A DNA stretch of 64,000 nt from Leucoraja ocellata (taxonomy: Eukaryota), in assembly GCA_036785375.1 (NCBI GenBank), contig JAWMAR010000053.1, positions 4,340,001 to 4,404,000 on the forward strand, given 5' to 3'. A program made the position numbers and the translations under genes. This document shows positions 13,212 through 26,169 of the stretch, in pieces (the stretch's first letter is position 1; each line of letters starts with the position of its first letter). The notes under the pieces are model-generated. The model was not told the origin of the DNA and did no database searches. It worked only from the letters and a program-made list of their open reading frames with translations.

Positions 13212-15977
13212 GTACAAAACCATTCTTTGATATTATGTTAATTTAACAATGTTAAAAATCATGGCCATCTCTTCATGGAGTTAAATTGAAAGCTTATTCT
13301 AAATATTGTAAATTTCCTAATTGTTGGAACAATGTAATGAAAATAGTCAGCGTGCACATTATTTTACATTTGTTTAAGATATTTGCTAATTTGATTCGTT
13401 GAAATAAAAAATGGCGTCATCGCTAATAGTTTGCTTAATCATCAAGTACAATCAAGGTGATAACCTAATTACTAATGTTAAAAAAATGTTTTATAATCAA
13501 ATTAAGATATCTGGCATTAAATATTAAGAATTTTATTTTATGAACATATAAAATATATTTCATGAATGTATAGTAATATTTAATGTACATAACTAAATGT
13601 TTTTTTCAATATCTTCATTAATACTTGTTCAGACATCCCAGTTCTCTGTTCTCTTGAAAGCTAGGCATGGACTTTCTTTCTCTATGTATAATGAAAGAAT
13701 TTTCTTCCAACCAGTGGTCATCTCAATTGATCATGCTTTCAAATTTTTGCACGTGTATATTTCTGCACGTATATATAATCTGGCTATGCAAATTCACCCA
13801 TAAATTTTCAAAGCATTTTCAAGGCAGGAATGCAGAACAGTTACAGAAATGCAAACATATTTGTTTTGTAAAAGAGGGAGCCATTAGTTAATTCAAAAGA
13901 CAAGCAGTTTTCAAAATAAATCTGTTTACTTGTAACTTTCTTGCAGTAATCTGGGACTTTAAGAACACAGTTGCTGCTCACAGTGGGATGCCACTTAAGA
14001 GATTTGCTTTGGAAACTGACATGACAAATCTCCTCTATTGACACATGAAATATATTTTATACATTGATATATTATGCTCATCGATCTAATCATTGGATGT
14101 GGGATGCTTTAATTCTGTACAGATGTAACAACATAGGAGTGGACAATAAATAAATGTTCATGTAAATCGACTCTCATTAAATAGTTCATTTTTGACCTCT
14201 GCAAAAATCAGTTTACGGATAGTTCTCAAGAAAGGAACCCTGGCACAAACCAGGTCTGCTGCACGTTTACCCCTTTTGTGGCATACTGCAATATTCTTAT
14301 TATTTAATGTTACTTCTTCATCTGAGGTTGAGTAAATCACTTTAACATGAAGAATCTTAAAGGCTAATTGGTCTGCTTATCCTCAATCTAACTCTCCTGT
14401 GCTTCTGCAAGGAAGATTAATCTGTGAATTTTGTATATAGATTTTACAGGGCCACTCTGTTTCTTTCCTCCTGGCTTCAGATAATCGTCTTGAAATACAT
14501 TTCATCCCATATTCCTTTACCATTACCTTTCCTCAAACTCTGAAATACATTTATTTATCTAAATCTTTCTATTTCGTTGTTTCTTGGAATAGAAATAACA
14601 AGTCACTTTTTAAATTTCATTTTGATACATATTCCTAGATTTTTTACACTTCCTCCCTCTTCTGAACAATTCAATTTTAAACTTTTATTCAATGAAAGAA
14701 AAATCTGTGTACCACCCGCATACCCAAGAAAATAATTCAAATTCATCTCAAAACTACTGGAATACCATTTATTTACTAACGCAAAGTTTAAACACATATT
14801 TTAATGTAAAACCTTGTTTTTTAATTTTCTTCATGGAAATTTACTTGCTTTAATACATTTAGAGTCAAAGGGTCATATGGCCCATGCCAACCATTTCTAA
14901 AGATAAAAATAATTCGAACAGTATTATTGTTAATGAGTAGAATTTTTAGTATTGGCAGAGACAAGCATGTTTTCACATTCAAGATAAAAGATAAAGGAAG
15001 GGAAATGGGAAATATTTTCTGTTTGCTAATTATTAATTTTATGACTTTTCTGAAAATGTCCACATAAATACATTTTCATGATTGTGGAACTGTCATAAAT
15101 ATTCATCTTGCAATAGGGTAAACTGACATCATGGATTGATAGACAAAGATGAGATTTTAAAGTAAATATAGACTGAAGCCAATTTAGTGAGTGATTTGGA
15201 ACAGAGCACTCATTATGTGAAAGGACAAGAAATATTTTATTAGTTGAAGTCTCTGGAAGGTAGTGAATGAGAAGATAGTCAGAAGAAAAGCATTGAAAAG
15301 TAGTAAAGCCACAGGTTTCAGTGCGAATGCTGAGATTTAGATAGAGGCAGATACTTTTGTGGAGATCGAAGTCGTGATCTTGGTTTTGAATATGATGATG
15401 GGTTAAAGCTTATTGAATAAAGTATCAAGATGACAAATATTCTGCTTCAATTTTAGAAATAACTGGGTAGCGGTTTTGAATCAGTAACAAAATTATGCAG
15501 CTAGCTTTGCTTTCCCAATATTACGTTGCAAAAAGTTGTAGATCATCTAAGCATTGACATTAGATCAGCACTCACAACATAAACAAGCTAGAGATTGCGA
15601 AATATTGGGGAGGTAGAGTTAAACTGATGTTCTTGATAAGCAACCTACAGTTAAAGAAGAAGAGATGTTGGATCACTGATCCATTTTGTTGTGAGAATAG
15701 AGAAGCCACTGCATTAGATGATATGGAACTAATTAAGGACAGTTCTATTGGTCTTGTTTATGTTCAAAAAGCATTTGAGAAAAAATGTTATCAAAAGCAG
15801 AAAAGGAGTGACAAAGTACCATTGTCATTTCCCATGGACATGATTTCTAACAGAGTATTGTTTCAGTATCAAATATGCCATTTGTTAATTTCTGCAGTAT
15901 AAATGTGTATGTATGTTAAATTTTTTAATTTGTTCTTGGTTGTTTTGTTTCATTCCTGTATTTTTAAACATCTACAG

Positions 15978-16238
15978 GGGGTGCCATCAGCAGACCACTT
16001 AAAGATCAAACTGTAGCTGAATCACAGCAAGCTATCTTTGAATGTGCAGTTGCTAATGCATCATCTGAAGGCAAATGGTTAAAGGATGGCAAACCAATAA
16101 ATTACAGTGACATTATCCGAAGTGAAGTGGACGGAGTCACTCGACGTCTCATTTTTGAGATAACTAAATCAGAAGATACATCTGAATACACATACCAAGT
16201 CGCAAGTTCTAAGACTTCTGCAAAACTTAAAGTTGAAG
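15978..16238 (+). CDS. ttn: titin exon 34 equivalent (Ig I7; not in ORF track)
   Basis: ctacag|GG GGT GCC...GAA G|gtcagt; GAISRPLKDQTVAESQQAIFEC...SKTSAKLKVE; 261 nt. Confidence 0.95.
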
Positions 16239-16393
16239 GTCAGTGTATTACCATAATTATTCATGTCTTCTCTATATTTAGAGTGTATACATAAAACTTT
16301 TAATGTAATTGGCATATCATGTAATTATTAATGGAAAAAATGTTTACCAGAAGGACCTATTAATTAAAAAATTGCCCTGGATTATAGTTATAA

Positions 16394-16922
16394 CTAGACC
16401 AATTGGGACCCGTTCGGTTCCTGTCACATGGGAGGCCTTGTCCCCCAACGAAACCCATTCCCCAACGCAATATTCAACCACTCACCCATTCCCCCAACGC
16501 AATATTCCACCACTCACCCATAGTCCCCAACTGTGCAGGGGCGGCTCATTTGCCCTTTTTCAAACTCCCTCATTTTAAACAAAAAAAATGCAATTGCACT
16601 TGCTAGGGCTGGCAGGACTCGGTGTCCTGGTACTGCAACATTGTAGAGGACAGGCTACAATCCCATTGTGACATCATAGCTGTAACTGCTATAGCTGTAA
16701 TCTCAAAGTGGGATTTTGTAAAGTTAAAAATGCGAATAACTTGTAAAATATAACATCAATCTGAATGAAATTTGATTAAAAAAAAAACATCACAATACAA
16801 TTGTGAGTAAGGTGGTGCAAATATTGTAGCGCTATCGTGTACCGTTTTGGCATAGTTCTGGGCATCCCTGAATCACAGAACGGCAGACTCGCAAACAAAC
16901 AATGTGAGAGTTTTAGTTATAT
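16394..16922 (-). mobile_element. non-autonomous Helitron-like element 1
   Basis: Minus-strand 3' end is an imperfect hairpin (ggaacc-gaac-gggtcc) followed by caattggt-CTAG|T; the other end reads atataactaaaactctc on the minus strand. Confidence 0.6.
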
Positions 16923-16923
16923 A

Positions 16924-17280
16924 CTAGACCAAGTGCAGACCCTTTGGGTCTGCTCCCACAACGTACCCATTCCCTACCCGCAGCCCCCAATTACACTTGC
17001 CCTGTATGTTGCAATAGCAATTCGCCCTCCCCCTCCTGTGAGGTGAAAAGTTCAGAGGGTTCCTGTCGAGCCATTTTGACGTCATCAGTTGTAGCTGGTC
17101 ATTTTAAATTCAAACTATTTTGATTTTTTTTAAATTTAATCAGTAATAAGTCGAGAAATTAAGCATAACATGTTCAGTGAAGGTGCTCTCTGACTAGAGG
17201 GAAAAAATGTGAATCAAAAAGTTTAAAAATCTTGTGAAAGTTGGGATTTTAAACTTTAATCGGGAATAACATGTCAAATA
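16924..17280 (-). mobile_element. non-autonomous Helitron-like element 2 (5'-truncated)
   Basis: Minus-strand 3' end is a perfect 8-bp hairpin gcagaccc-aaa-gggtctgc, then acttggt-CTAG|T; shares internal motifs with element 1. Confidence 0.65.
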
Positions 17281-17294
17281 CCTCCCTTTCCCCT

Positions 17295-17410
17295 GTCTGG
17301 AGAAGGGTCTCGACCCGAAACATCACCTATTCCTTTCCTCCGGAGGTGCTGCCTGATTCGCTGAGTTACTCCAGCTTTTTGTCTTTGGTTTAAACCAGCA
17401 TTTGCAGTTC
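17295..17410 (+). mobile_element. Penelope pseudo-LTR-derived short repeat with degenerate hammerhead (CTGGAGA core)
   Basis: ctggaga-agggtctcgaccc-gaaacatc followed by the family arm gctgagttactccagc. Confidence 0.75.
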
Positions 17411-18108
17411 CTCCCTCCACATTTTGTCTGCTTCCAGATATAGTTGTGTTAATTGGAATTTGTTTTCAACATGATTGGGTGCATTAGCAAAGGTTCCCTA
17501 AAACAGGGCAGGCTGCTGGGAAAAGTAAAGACAAAAGCTGAGAAGAGACTTTATTCCTCATGGTTGTTGTCGTTGAAGACTTGTCCTCTGTGCACTCTGG
17601 GCAAATAGAGTTTGGTTGTATCTATATTTTGAAAGGGATGTGTTCACCAAAACTATTCCCCCATAACTACAGCTATAATCGGTGGTTGGCAAGGTGACTA
17701 TGGCCAAGGTTCCTTGCATGCTGTGTAAGGAAAGTTAGTTCTCTATTTGGGAGAATTGATTACAATTCATTTTGCTGGATCTGACGGCAACTAAACATCC
17801 AAATAAAAATGTACGTCAAGAGCTAAAGGAGTAATCAGTCAAATTAAGCACTCAATCAATTACACAATGGCTGAAAATAAAAAAAAACCTGCAAATGTTA
17901 CAACTAAAAAACAGAAACGTCTGCAGGTCAGGTAGCATTTGGAAAGTAGAAATAAAGTTAATGTTTCATGTTAATGTTTAAAGTTAATGTATAATGTGGA
18001 TCTATCGTCAGAGCTAGGAAACAAAGAAAATAAATTTAAAGTCGTAGAGAGGATGGGGAATGGATGCATAGGACAAGAATGAGGCAAAGGTTAAGTTATA
18101 GTGAAAAT

Positions 18109-18196
18109 AGACACAAAATGCTGGAGTAACTCAGCGGGCAAGACAGCATCTCTGGAGAGAAGGAATGGGTGACGTTTCTAGTCGAGACCCTTCTTC
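18109..18196 (-). mobile_element. Penelope pseudo-LTR-derived short repeat, hammerhead truncated
   Basis: Reverse complement reads gaagaagggtctcgactagaaacgtcaccc...gctgagttactccagcattttgtgtct. Confidence 0.75.
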
Positions 18197-18259
18197 CTAT
18201 GTTAAGTTATAGTGGTTCTCTGATCAAATGGGTTAATATGGGGCGATAGATCCACATCC

Positions 18260-18500
18260 ACATCCCCTCTCTCCCCCCTCCCCTCCCCCTCTACCCCCCT
18301 CCTCCTCTCCCCTACACCCCCCCTCCCTTCCCCCCCTCTCTCCCACTATTCTCTCCCCCATCTTGTCTCCCCCCTCCTGTCTCCCCTCTCTCCCCCTCCT
18401 CTCTCCCCTCTACCCTCTCTCACCCCTCCTTCCCCCACCTCTCCCCTCTTCCCCCCCTCTGCCCCCTTCCCCTCTTCTCCCCCTCTCTCCACCTCTACTT
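18260..18500. repeat. C/T-rich polypyrimidine low-complexity tract
   Basis: About 240 nt almost entirely C and T, ending about 60 nt before the exon-35 acceptor. Confidence 0.9.
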
Positions 18501-18560
18501 TCTTTAAAGATAATTGAGATTTTAATGCAAATACAAATTTACAAAATTCTGTTTATACAG

Positions 18561-18824
18561 CTGTCAAGATAAAGAAGACCTTGAAAAATCAGACCGTCAC
18601 AGAAACCAATGATGCAATCTTTATGTTGGAACTTACACATGCTGATGTTACTGGAGCACAATGGATTAAAAATGGTGAAGAAATCAAAACAAGCGACAAG
18701 TTCGAGATTACTGTAGTTGGGGTTGTACATACACTTAAAATTAAGAAGTGTGTTGTCCCAGATGAATCTGTATACACCTTCAAACTTGGCAGAGTGTCAG
18801 CAAATGCCAGACTTCACGTAGAGG
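18561..18824 (+). CDS. ttn: titin exon 35 equivalent (Ig I8)
   Basis: atacag|CT GTC AAG...GAG G|gtaagt; VKIKKTLKNQTVTET...DESVYTFKLGR...ARLHVE; 264 nt. Confidence 0.95.
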
Positions 18825-18857
18825 GTAAGTAATGACATTTTCTTTTCTTTTATGCCT

Positions 18858-19067
18858 TAAGTAAGTAAGTAAGTAAGTTTATTGGCCAAATATTCACATA
18901 CAAGGAATTTGCTTTGGTGCTCCGCGCACAAGTAACAACATGACATACCGTGACAGTTACGAATGACTCCGAAAACACTAAACATTAATAATAATAAAAC
19001 ATTAATGATAAAACACCATTGATCAAGCATGTGAACCAACAAAATACCAGATCAAAGGGAGGCTACA
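18858..19067 (-). mobile_element. non-LTR retroelement 3' end with (TAAG)n tail
   Basis: taagtaagtaagtaagtaag directly followed by ttttattgg (aataaa on the minus strand); family not assigned. Confidence 0.5.
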
Positions 19068-19545
19068 GGAGTCAGTGGTGGCTCTCAAACCAATCCCATT
19101 CTTCCAATTATCTCCTTATGACATATTCTCTCACATTTATCCATTAAGAACCCACAGATTATTTGATCACCCACCCATTCAACAGTAGCTATCTTAATAA
19201 CTATCAGGTTTTTGGGACACACTCAGCCCCCCCTCCCACTCCCCAGAGATCAGATTCAAACACAATTTGTTGGAGCTAAGAGGCAGCCACATCACCTGCA
19301 GTGCTAGAGAGCCTCCCTAAAGTGAAAATTTAATTAAAATTGAAAATAATAGGATTACAAATAATTAGTAAAATATTGCATGATTTATTTTGTTTCAATT
19401 TCATTTATTATCCATTATTTCTATATAAATTGTGTACTTGAAGTTACTAAAGTATATTTTTTCTTCATGCAAACATTATAATCGTATCTGAAATATTTAT
19501 CTGAATGAGTAGACATTGAATAATGCTATGGTTTTGTCTTAATAG

Positions 19546-19806
19546 TTATCAAGGTTATTAAGAAACCAAAGGATATTACTGCCATGGAAAATTCCACAGC
19601 TACATTTGAATTGAGTGTGTCACATGACAATGTGCCAGTAAAATGGATGTTCAACAATGTCGAACTTAAGCCAAGTAGCAAATGTAAAGTAATTTCAGAA
19701 AGGAAAGTTCACAAACTAATATTGGAGAATATCACCTCAGCACAAGTTGGCGAGTACTCAGCCATCATTGGGCAACTGGAATGTAAAGCCAAACTTTATG
19801 TGGATT
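19546..19806 (+). CDS. ttn: titin exon 36 equivalent (Ig I9)
   Basis: taatag|TT ATC...GAT T|gtgagt; KKPKDITAMENSTATFELSVSHD...SERKVHKL; 261 nt. Confidence 0.95.
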
Positions 19807-19913
19807 GTGAGTGTAAAACTATATTTTTCTGTTTCACAAAAGAGAAATTTAAATAAACTAATTAACAGATCCATGATTTTTGTACACTAATTTTCATTTA
19901 AATTTATTTCAAG

Positions 19914-20174
19914 CTGTACATATCACCAAGACAATGAAGAGCATTGAGGTTCCAGAGACAAAAACTGCAACTTTTCAGTGTGAGGTGTCACATTTCAATG
20001 TCCCAGCCACATGGTTGAAAAATGGTGTGGAAATAGAAATGACTGACAAGTTTAAAATAGTTGTGCAAGGCAAACTCCATCAGCTGATCATAATGAACAC
20101 AAGCCATGACGACTCTGCAGAGTATACCTTTATCTGTGGAAATGACAAAATATCTGCTACTTTGACAGTAAAAC
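19914..20174 (+). CDS. ttn: titin exon 37 equivalent (Ig I10)
   Basis: ttcaag|CT GTA...AAA C|gtaaga; HITKTMKSIEVPETKTATFQCEVSHFNVP; 261 nt. Confidence 0.95.
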
Positions 20175-20324
20175 GTAAGACTTTCTCATTGATATATATT
20201 GTGTATCCATGTTTAAAGTTCATTTTTCATTATTGCATTTGTAATCATTTGGGTGTGTTCTATCAAAGTCATTAACGATGTATGTCAAGTAACTAGCTAA
20301 TACATGGTTTTCTTTTTTTTTTAG

Positions 20325-20585
20325 CCATTTTAATTACATCTATGTTAAAGGACATGAATGCCCAAGAGAAAGATACAATTACCTTTGAAGTAACAGTGAA
20401 TTTTGAAGGTATTACTTACAAGTGGCTCAAGAATGGTAAAGAGATCAAATCAACTGAGAGGACACAACTAAAGACAAAGCAATCAAATCACATACTTTCA
20501 ATTCGGAATGTTCACTTTGGTGATGCAGCTGAGTACAGTTTTGTTGCTGGATCAGCATCATCTGCAGCAACTTTATATGTGACTG
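20325..20585 (+). CDS. ttn: titin exon 38 equivalent (Ig I11)
   Basis: ttttag|CC ATT...ACT G|gtaat; SMLKDMNAQEKDTITFEVTVN...IRNVHFGDAAEY; 261 nt. Confidence 0.95.
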
Positions 20586-20694
20586 GTAATAACTTGTATT
20601 ATTTATTTATGATTAGGTTTGGTAATATGCATCGCATTAATATTGTTTAACCTACTATTCACTGTATTTAATCAGCATTTTTTTTCTTTTGTAG

Positions 20695-20836
20695 CTCGGC
20701 AAATTGAATTCAGGAAACATATCAAAGACATCAAAATCACTGAAAAGAAGAAAGCCACCTTTGAGTGTGAAGTTTCAGAACCTAACATTACATTACAATG
20801 GATGAAGAATGGTGAAGAAATACAGCCTTCTGACAG
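20695..20836 (+). CDS. ttn: titin exon 39 equivalent (first half of Ig I12)
   Basis: ttgtag|CT CGG...GAC AG|gtatct; RQIEFRKHIKDIK; 142 nt. Confidence 0.94.
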
Positions 20837-21806
20837 GTATCTAATCTATGCATCTGTTAACCTCGTATCCTCAACGTGACTATTCCGATGCTTGCCTGTT
20901 GACTTCCCACTTTATGCCCTCTTTAAACTATAAAATCATAACTTTGGTAAAACTCTGCTGCTTATCCTCTCACAACATCACTGCTCTACAAATCTACACT
21001 GGCCCACCTGCAATACCCCCACTCACCCCCCACCCATCCCATCCCGAATGTACATGTTGTGGAGCAAGATAAATATTGACATAACTTCATTCTATGTTCA
21101 GACAAAATTATTTATTCAATTGATCTTTCATCTACTGGGCAGAGAGGGTGGAAGAGAGAGGCCTGCGTGCCTTACTGGTAACAGATTGCTCATTCTCTTG
21201 ACAATTGTGTAAAATGTAGCACTTTTATATACATTTAGAAATAACGTTCAGCATCACCAAATTACGGTTATGTCTCAGGCAATCCAGAGCAAGAAGCTAC
21301 ATGGAACATTGCTTCTGACGTTGCCTTCCCTACATAATCATCATAAACTTTACATATTGCATAAATTACCTTTCGGATAGGGTGTGGCGATATTATGCTA
21401 AAGCATCCCTTGTTCAGTTAAGGCGTTGGTTACCTAGGCAATGGCACCATGAAGAGGCTCATTATCATCAGTTACTACAATCCTCCAGGAAAATGTTATT
21501 TCACTGAACTCCTGCTCTGTTAATTCAATGTCCATCTCACCTGTATTTACTTGAAGCAACAAATGTACATTAGTGCCTTCCAATATTTTGTTGCACTGTA
21601 CTCATGTACAATGTACTTAAATTCCCACTCTTCCTCCAACCTGCTGCACCACCCCAAAACTTCAGGTATTCATGTAAATCATGCTTCTTCTACATCATTC
21701 ATTGGCCTCACCGCCATTTCCTATACTTTTAGTCATCTTGGCCTTGTCCAAAGCTAAATTTAAAATGCTGAACTTACAATTTCACTTTTATTGCTTTTTT
21801 TCACAG

Positions 21807-21975
21807 AATTAAGATTCACAATGAAAAATTTGTCCATCGTCTCACCATTCCTGTTACAAAAATGTCTGATGCTGGCCAGTACACAGCTGTAGCAGGTGGA
21901 AGTATTTCCACTGCTAATTTGTATATGGAAGGACGCCACATTTTGATTTCAAAACCCATTTCCACGGATATTCAG
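21807..21975 (+). CDS. ttn: titin exon 40 equivalent (not in ORF track)
   Basis: tcacag|A ATT AAG...ATT CAG|gtattt; IKIHNEKFVHRLTIPVTKMSDAGQYTAVAGG; 169 nt. Confidence 0.93.
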
Positions 21976-22444
21976 GTATTTATTTATTTATTATTTATTT
22001 AATTCTTTATTTCGAACAGAAAGAATAAAAAGCAAGTGTGAAACAGCATACAAAAAAACAAAACAAGAATATTTATAAAGTGGCATAAACAATATCTATA
22101 AATAAATGAAATCGTATGTGTCCGAAAAGGAGCAGGAAGAAGCCAAAGCTTATTAATTCCCACCCCTTATTCAACTGCTTATAAATATCATACAAATTTA
22201 GCAGCTATATGTACACCATATGTACACCAGCCACTATATGTACACCAAATTATTTACATTTATACACTAATCAAATATTTACAAAGCGTGTTTCTTAATG
22301 TGTTTCTTACTTTTTACTTAGAATCCCTAACTTTTACAGTTATCAAACACCATAAGAAGTAGAAAACTGATAATATATGTGATAGGCAGGCAGTTATTGG
22401 ATATTTTCATGCAGAATTTTAACAAAATGATTTTTCATATTTAG

Positions 22445-22676
22445 ATAATTGAGAAAAAGCGAGCTGTAATTGAATTTGAAGTCAATGAAGATGAGGTTGA
22501 GGCTCAATGGCTCAAAGATGGAATTGAAATCAATTTCCAAGTTGAAGAAAGATACAGATACATAATCCAAAGACGTGTGCATCGAATGACCATTACTGAA
22601 ACAAGAGTTTCTGATTCTGGAGAATACGTCTTTGTTGCAGGAAAGAATCGAAGTACTGTAACACTTCATATTAATG
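22445..22676 (+). CDS. ttn: titin exon 41 equivalent (Ig I13; not in ORF track)
   Basis: atttag|ATA ATT GAG...AAT G|gtatgt; IIEKKRAVIEFEVNEDEVEAQWLKDGIEINFQV; 232 nt. Confidence 0.94.
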
Positions 22677-23223
22677 GTATGTACAAGAATAACAATAGAT
22701 TTTTGCTGTTTTGCAACCCTTTCAACTCTACAAATGTAACTCTTTAATTAGACAAAACTATATGCTTGAACAAAGTTTTTTCATTCAGGTAATTTATGAA
22801 GAGATTCTAAAAGCAGCACTAGAGAATGGAGGTGCTTAGAACTTCAGGAAGAAAATAGTAGAACTTTAGGCGATGTACTTTGTGAGTGTAAGGTGTTCAG
22901 GAGACCAAAGCTGAAGAATATTTGTGGTTTTGAGGTTGATGGGACAGATTGGAAGAGGTTATGATATTTTTATGAATGAAATAAATTAAACAGTGGGAAT
23001 ATTGAATTGGGGCTTTATAAGTGAGCCAATCAATGTAGTGCGGTTCAGGAGTTATGAAGAAAGAAAAGTAAGGGTTTCATCAGAATTTTACAGTTTACAA
23101 AGCGGAAAATAGGAAGCTGACAAGAATGCATCGGCATAGTTAAATTTTGAAGATACAAGAGGGTTTCAGCAGTAAATGGACTGATGCAGGAACAGAGGCT
23201 GAAGCTGGTAATAAAAAGGAGAC

Positions 23224-23316
23224 AGACACAAAATGCTTGAGTAACTCAGCGGGACAGGCAACATATCTGGAGAGAAGGGATGGGTGATGTTTCGGGATCG
23301 AGACCCTTTGTCAGAC
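23224..23316 (-). mobile_element. Penelope pseudo-LTR-derived short repeat, degenerate hammerhead
   Basis: Reverse complement reads gtctgacaaagggtctcgatcccgaaacatcaccc...gctgagttactcaagcattttgtgtct. Confidence 0.7.
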
Positions 23317-23628
23317 GGAGTATATAATAAGGAGATAATATGTGTATAATGAGATAGGATCCTAACCTTGAAAATAATTATGATGGATGAGAGAAAAAAT
23401 AACAACAGAAAATTATAAATAGAAGAACCCTCAGCAGATGAAAAACAGTGGCTGAAAATTTTAAAGCCTTTAATTGCAAATATACCTTGATATTATTTTT
23501 ACCAGGGTCAGAAGGAAAGGAATAGGGTTTGTGAGATGTTGATTCACACATGGATATAGAAGTCATAATATGTTATGGAAATTGCACTGTCTATAGATTA
23601 GTAAATTTATGTGGAGGGAAAGGTTGAT

Positions 23629-24013
23629 AACTTACAAAATTCTTAAGGGGTTGGACAGGCTAGATGCAGGAAGATTGTTCCCGATGTTAGGGAAGTCCAG
23701 GACAAGGGGTCACAGCTTAAGGATAAAGGGGAAATCCTTTAAAACCGAGATGAGAAGAACTTTTTTCACGCAGAGAGTGGTGAATCTCTGGAACTCTCTG
23801 CCACAGAGGGTAGTTGAGGCCAGTTCATTGGCTATATTTAAGAGGGAGTTAGATGTGGCCCTTGTGGCTAAGGGGATCAGGGGGTATGGAGAGAAGGCAG
23901 GTACGGGATACTGAGTTGGATGATCAGCCATGATCATATTGAATGGCGGTGCAGGCTCGAAGGGCCGAATGGCCTACTCCTGCACCTAATTTCTATGTTT
24001 CTATGTTTCTATG
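23629..24013 (+). mobile_element. young CR1 3' end with (TTTCTATG)n tail
   Basis: TYKILKGLDRLDAGRLFP...FFTQRVVNLWNSLP; near-identical to copies at 28172, 32315 and 34952. Confidence 0.93.
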
Positions 24014-24049
24014 ATAGTAGAAAAGTAGAATAAATTGAAGTAGATAGTG

Positions 24050-24326
24050 GGCGAGGAATCAGTCAGTGTAGTTATAACTGTCGGAAGAGAGAGTGGACGC
24101 TGGTGCGCTTTAGCTGCCACTGCTCTCTCTTCACATTGTGTTTTTTTTGATTTTTTGATTTTTGTGTCTTTGGAGCGATTTCTATCTTTAATTTGGGTAT
24201 TGATGATGTCATTAATTATTTTTCTCCGACTATATGTTTTTTTTCTCTTCTGTTTAATCTTTGTAAGGTGACCTTGAGATTTGAAAGGCGCCTGAAAATA
24301 AAATGTATTATTATTATTATTATTAT
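24050..24326 (+). mobile_element. L2-type retroelement 3' end with (TAT)n tail
   Basis: gtaaggtgaccttgag...gaaaggcgcc...aataaaatgtattattattat; the family call is inferred. Confidence 0.55.
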
Positions 24327-25364
24327 AAAGAATGGAAACAAACAAGGATATTTTGGTAATAAACCAAGTTGAATTTGCTTTGGCATTAAAGAGAGGACAA
24401 TAGATTGCAACAAAGTGTGTGCGCAGAGGCATTATAGGAAACTGTAGCATTTGTGTATATATCAATGCAAAAAATATTTATATGTGTACACTTTCATCTC
24501 AACAATGGTGAAATGAACATGTTAAAATTACTATCATGCAAACAGATTTAAGTGAAAGGCAAGATGTTGCTAGCTGTTACATGAAGTCTTTGTCGAAGGC
24601 AGGATATATGATCAATTATTCAGTTGGTTACAACAAGTTTGCTTTGAGCGAGCTGTTAATCTTGAGGAAAATTTACAGAGTGGCATTCATTGTTATCGTC
24701 TAACAGACTCAATAGACAATTGTCACGAGATGTGTGGGACAGGAAAGAGGTTCATGAGATCAGGTCTAAATGCCAAGAATGTTGCTGTGGGACAATCAGA
24801 ATTGATGCTCATCCAAAGGGAAAGCATGGGGCTTTGGTGGCCTTTATTAATATATTTGTAAATACTGAGGAAGGGGTTTAAAACATTTTCATTTCCATTA
24901 TTCATCTTTAGCAGAGGGAGGAGTGGTGAAATGCGATCCACAAATTATATTAATATTTACTTAATGGTCCTTTTCATTGACATCAATAAAATGGATAAGA
25001 GTGTGGATGGTATATTAAGCCGTCCCTTGCTGAACCTGTTTTGTGCACCTGCCCACTACTTCCAAGACAAAATTTTATTCAAGTAAAACTCAATTTGTTT
25101 CGGACAACTGTTTAAGAAATGCAACAAAAATGAAGGTGGTTAATTGAAGCTGAATATTAACTCTCCATAAATAAAGGCATCATATTGTGTTTTTCTTTAA
25201 ATATCCAATTATTTAGTTCTTTAAATTGATATTTTTTAAATGGCTTTTAACATATTCCAATTAGTTCAGGCAAATTCAGGAAAGTGTAACATTGCATGTG
25301 TGAAAGACCAAAATGTTATCAATTTGTGGAAATATGCTGAAATCTTGAACCTTCTTGTTTGTAG

Positions 25365-25649
25365 CTCCTGATCCACCGTCTTTCAATGTGGAACTGGAAC
25401 CTTGTGCTGTGAAAGCAGGAGAACCCGCACGATTTTGTGGAGTAATAGTTGGTACACCAAAATTAGAAGTATCTTGGTACAAAGATGGTCAAAAGCTTTC
25501 CTCTGGATTTAAACGCAAGATTCTTCATGATGAGAACCAGTATACTTTGCTACTGATTGAAACATTCCCTGAAGATGCTGGCACCTACACTTGTGAAGCA
25601 AAAAATGAAGCTGGGGTCGCTGTTAGTGGTGCTTCACTTGATATTGAAG
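25365..25649 (+). CDS. ttn: titin exon 42 equivalent (Ig I14)
   Basis: ttgtag|CT CCT...GAA G|gtataa; [10 protein letters not shown]...[22 protein letters not shown]; 285 nt. Confidence 0.95.
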
Positions 25650-26043
25650 GTATAATTGAAATAATTGATGTATTTAGTACTATGTTATGTGAGAATTTCT
25701 TATAATTGCCCGTCCTGAGGAGGTGAAATTTGTCTTTGGCATGCAGTTGAATAGTAAACTTGTCAGTATGCTTTGAAGTCAAAACAAGAGAAAATAGGTC
25801 GCATAAAGTTTTGATTTATTTTGTTTCTGTCATTATCTATTTTTGCAGATAACTAAATGTAACTTATTTCTATTTTCTACAAATAGTAGCTTTATGTTTT
25901 GCATAATTTTATCATCGCAATAAATTTCACTGCTCTTTGGAAAGTCTTACACATTGTCCTAGATTACATTCACTCGTATGTCATTTAGGAATAACCAGAA
26001 TAATATTTAAAAGCAGTCAATTAATTTATTTAATTATTTTCAG

Positions 26044-26169
26044 TTCCAGAAGTTGTTTCACCTGAGGCAGAGGTACCTGCTGATCCACCTACCATTATAA
26101 GTCCAATTCAAGACACTACTACCACTGAAGGAAAATCTGCTCAATTTCTGTGCCGTGTTACCGGAACAG
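26044..26169 (+). CDS. ttn: titin exon 43 equivalent (start of Ig I15; not in ORF track)
   Basis: tttcag|TT CCA GAA...ACA G|gtaagt; PEVVSPEAEVPADPPTIISPIQDTTTTEGKSAQFLCRVTGT; 126 nt. Confidence 0.94.

Noticed and set aside
22206-22248. Three short tatgtacacca direct repeats
   Set aside because: A small minisatellite inside a retroelement tail; not CRISPR, and the context is vertebrate.
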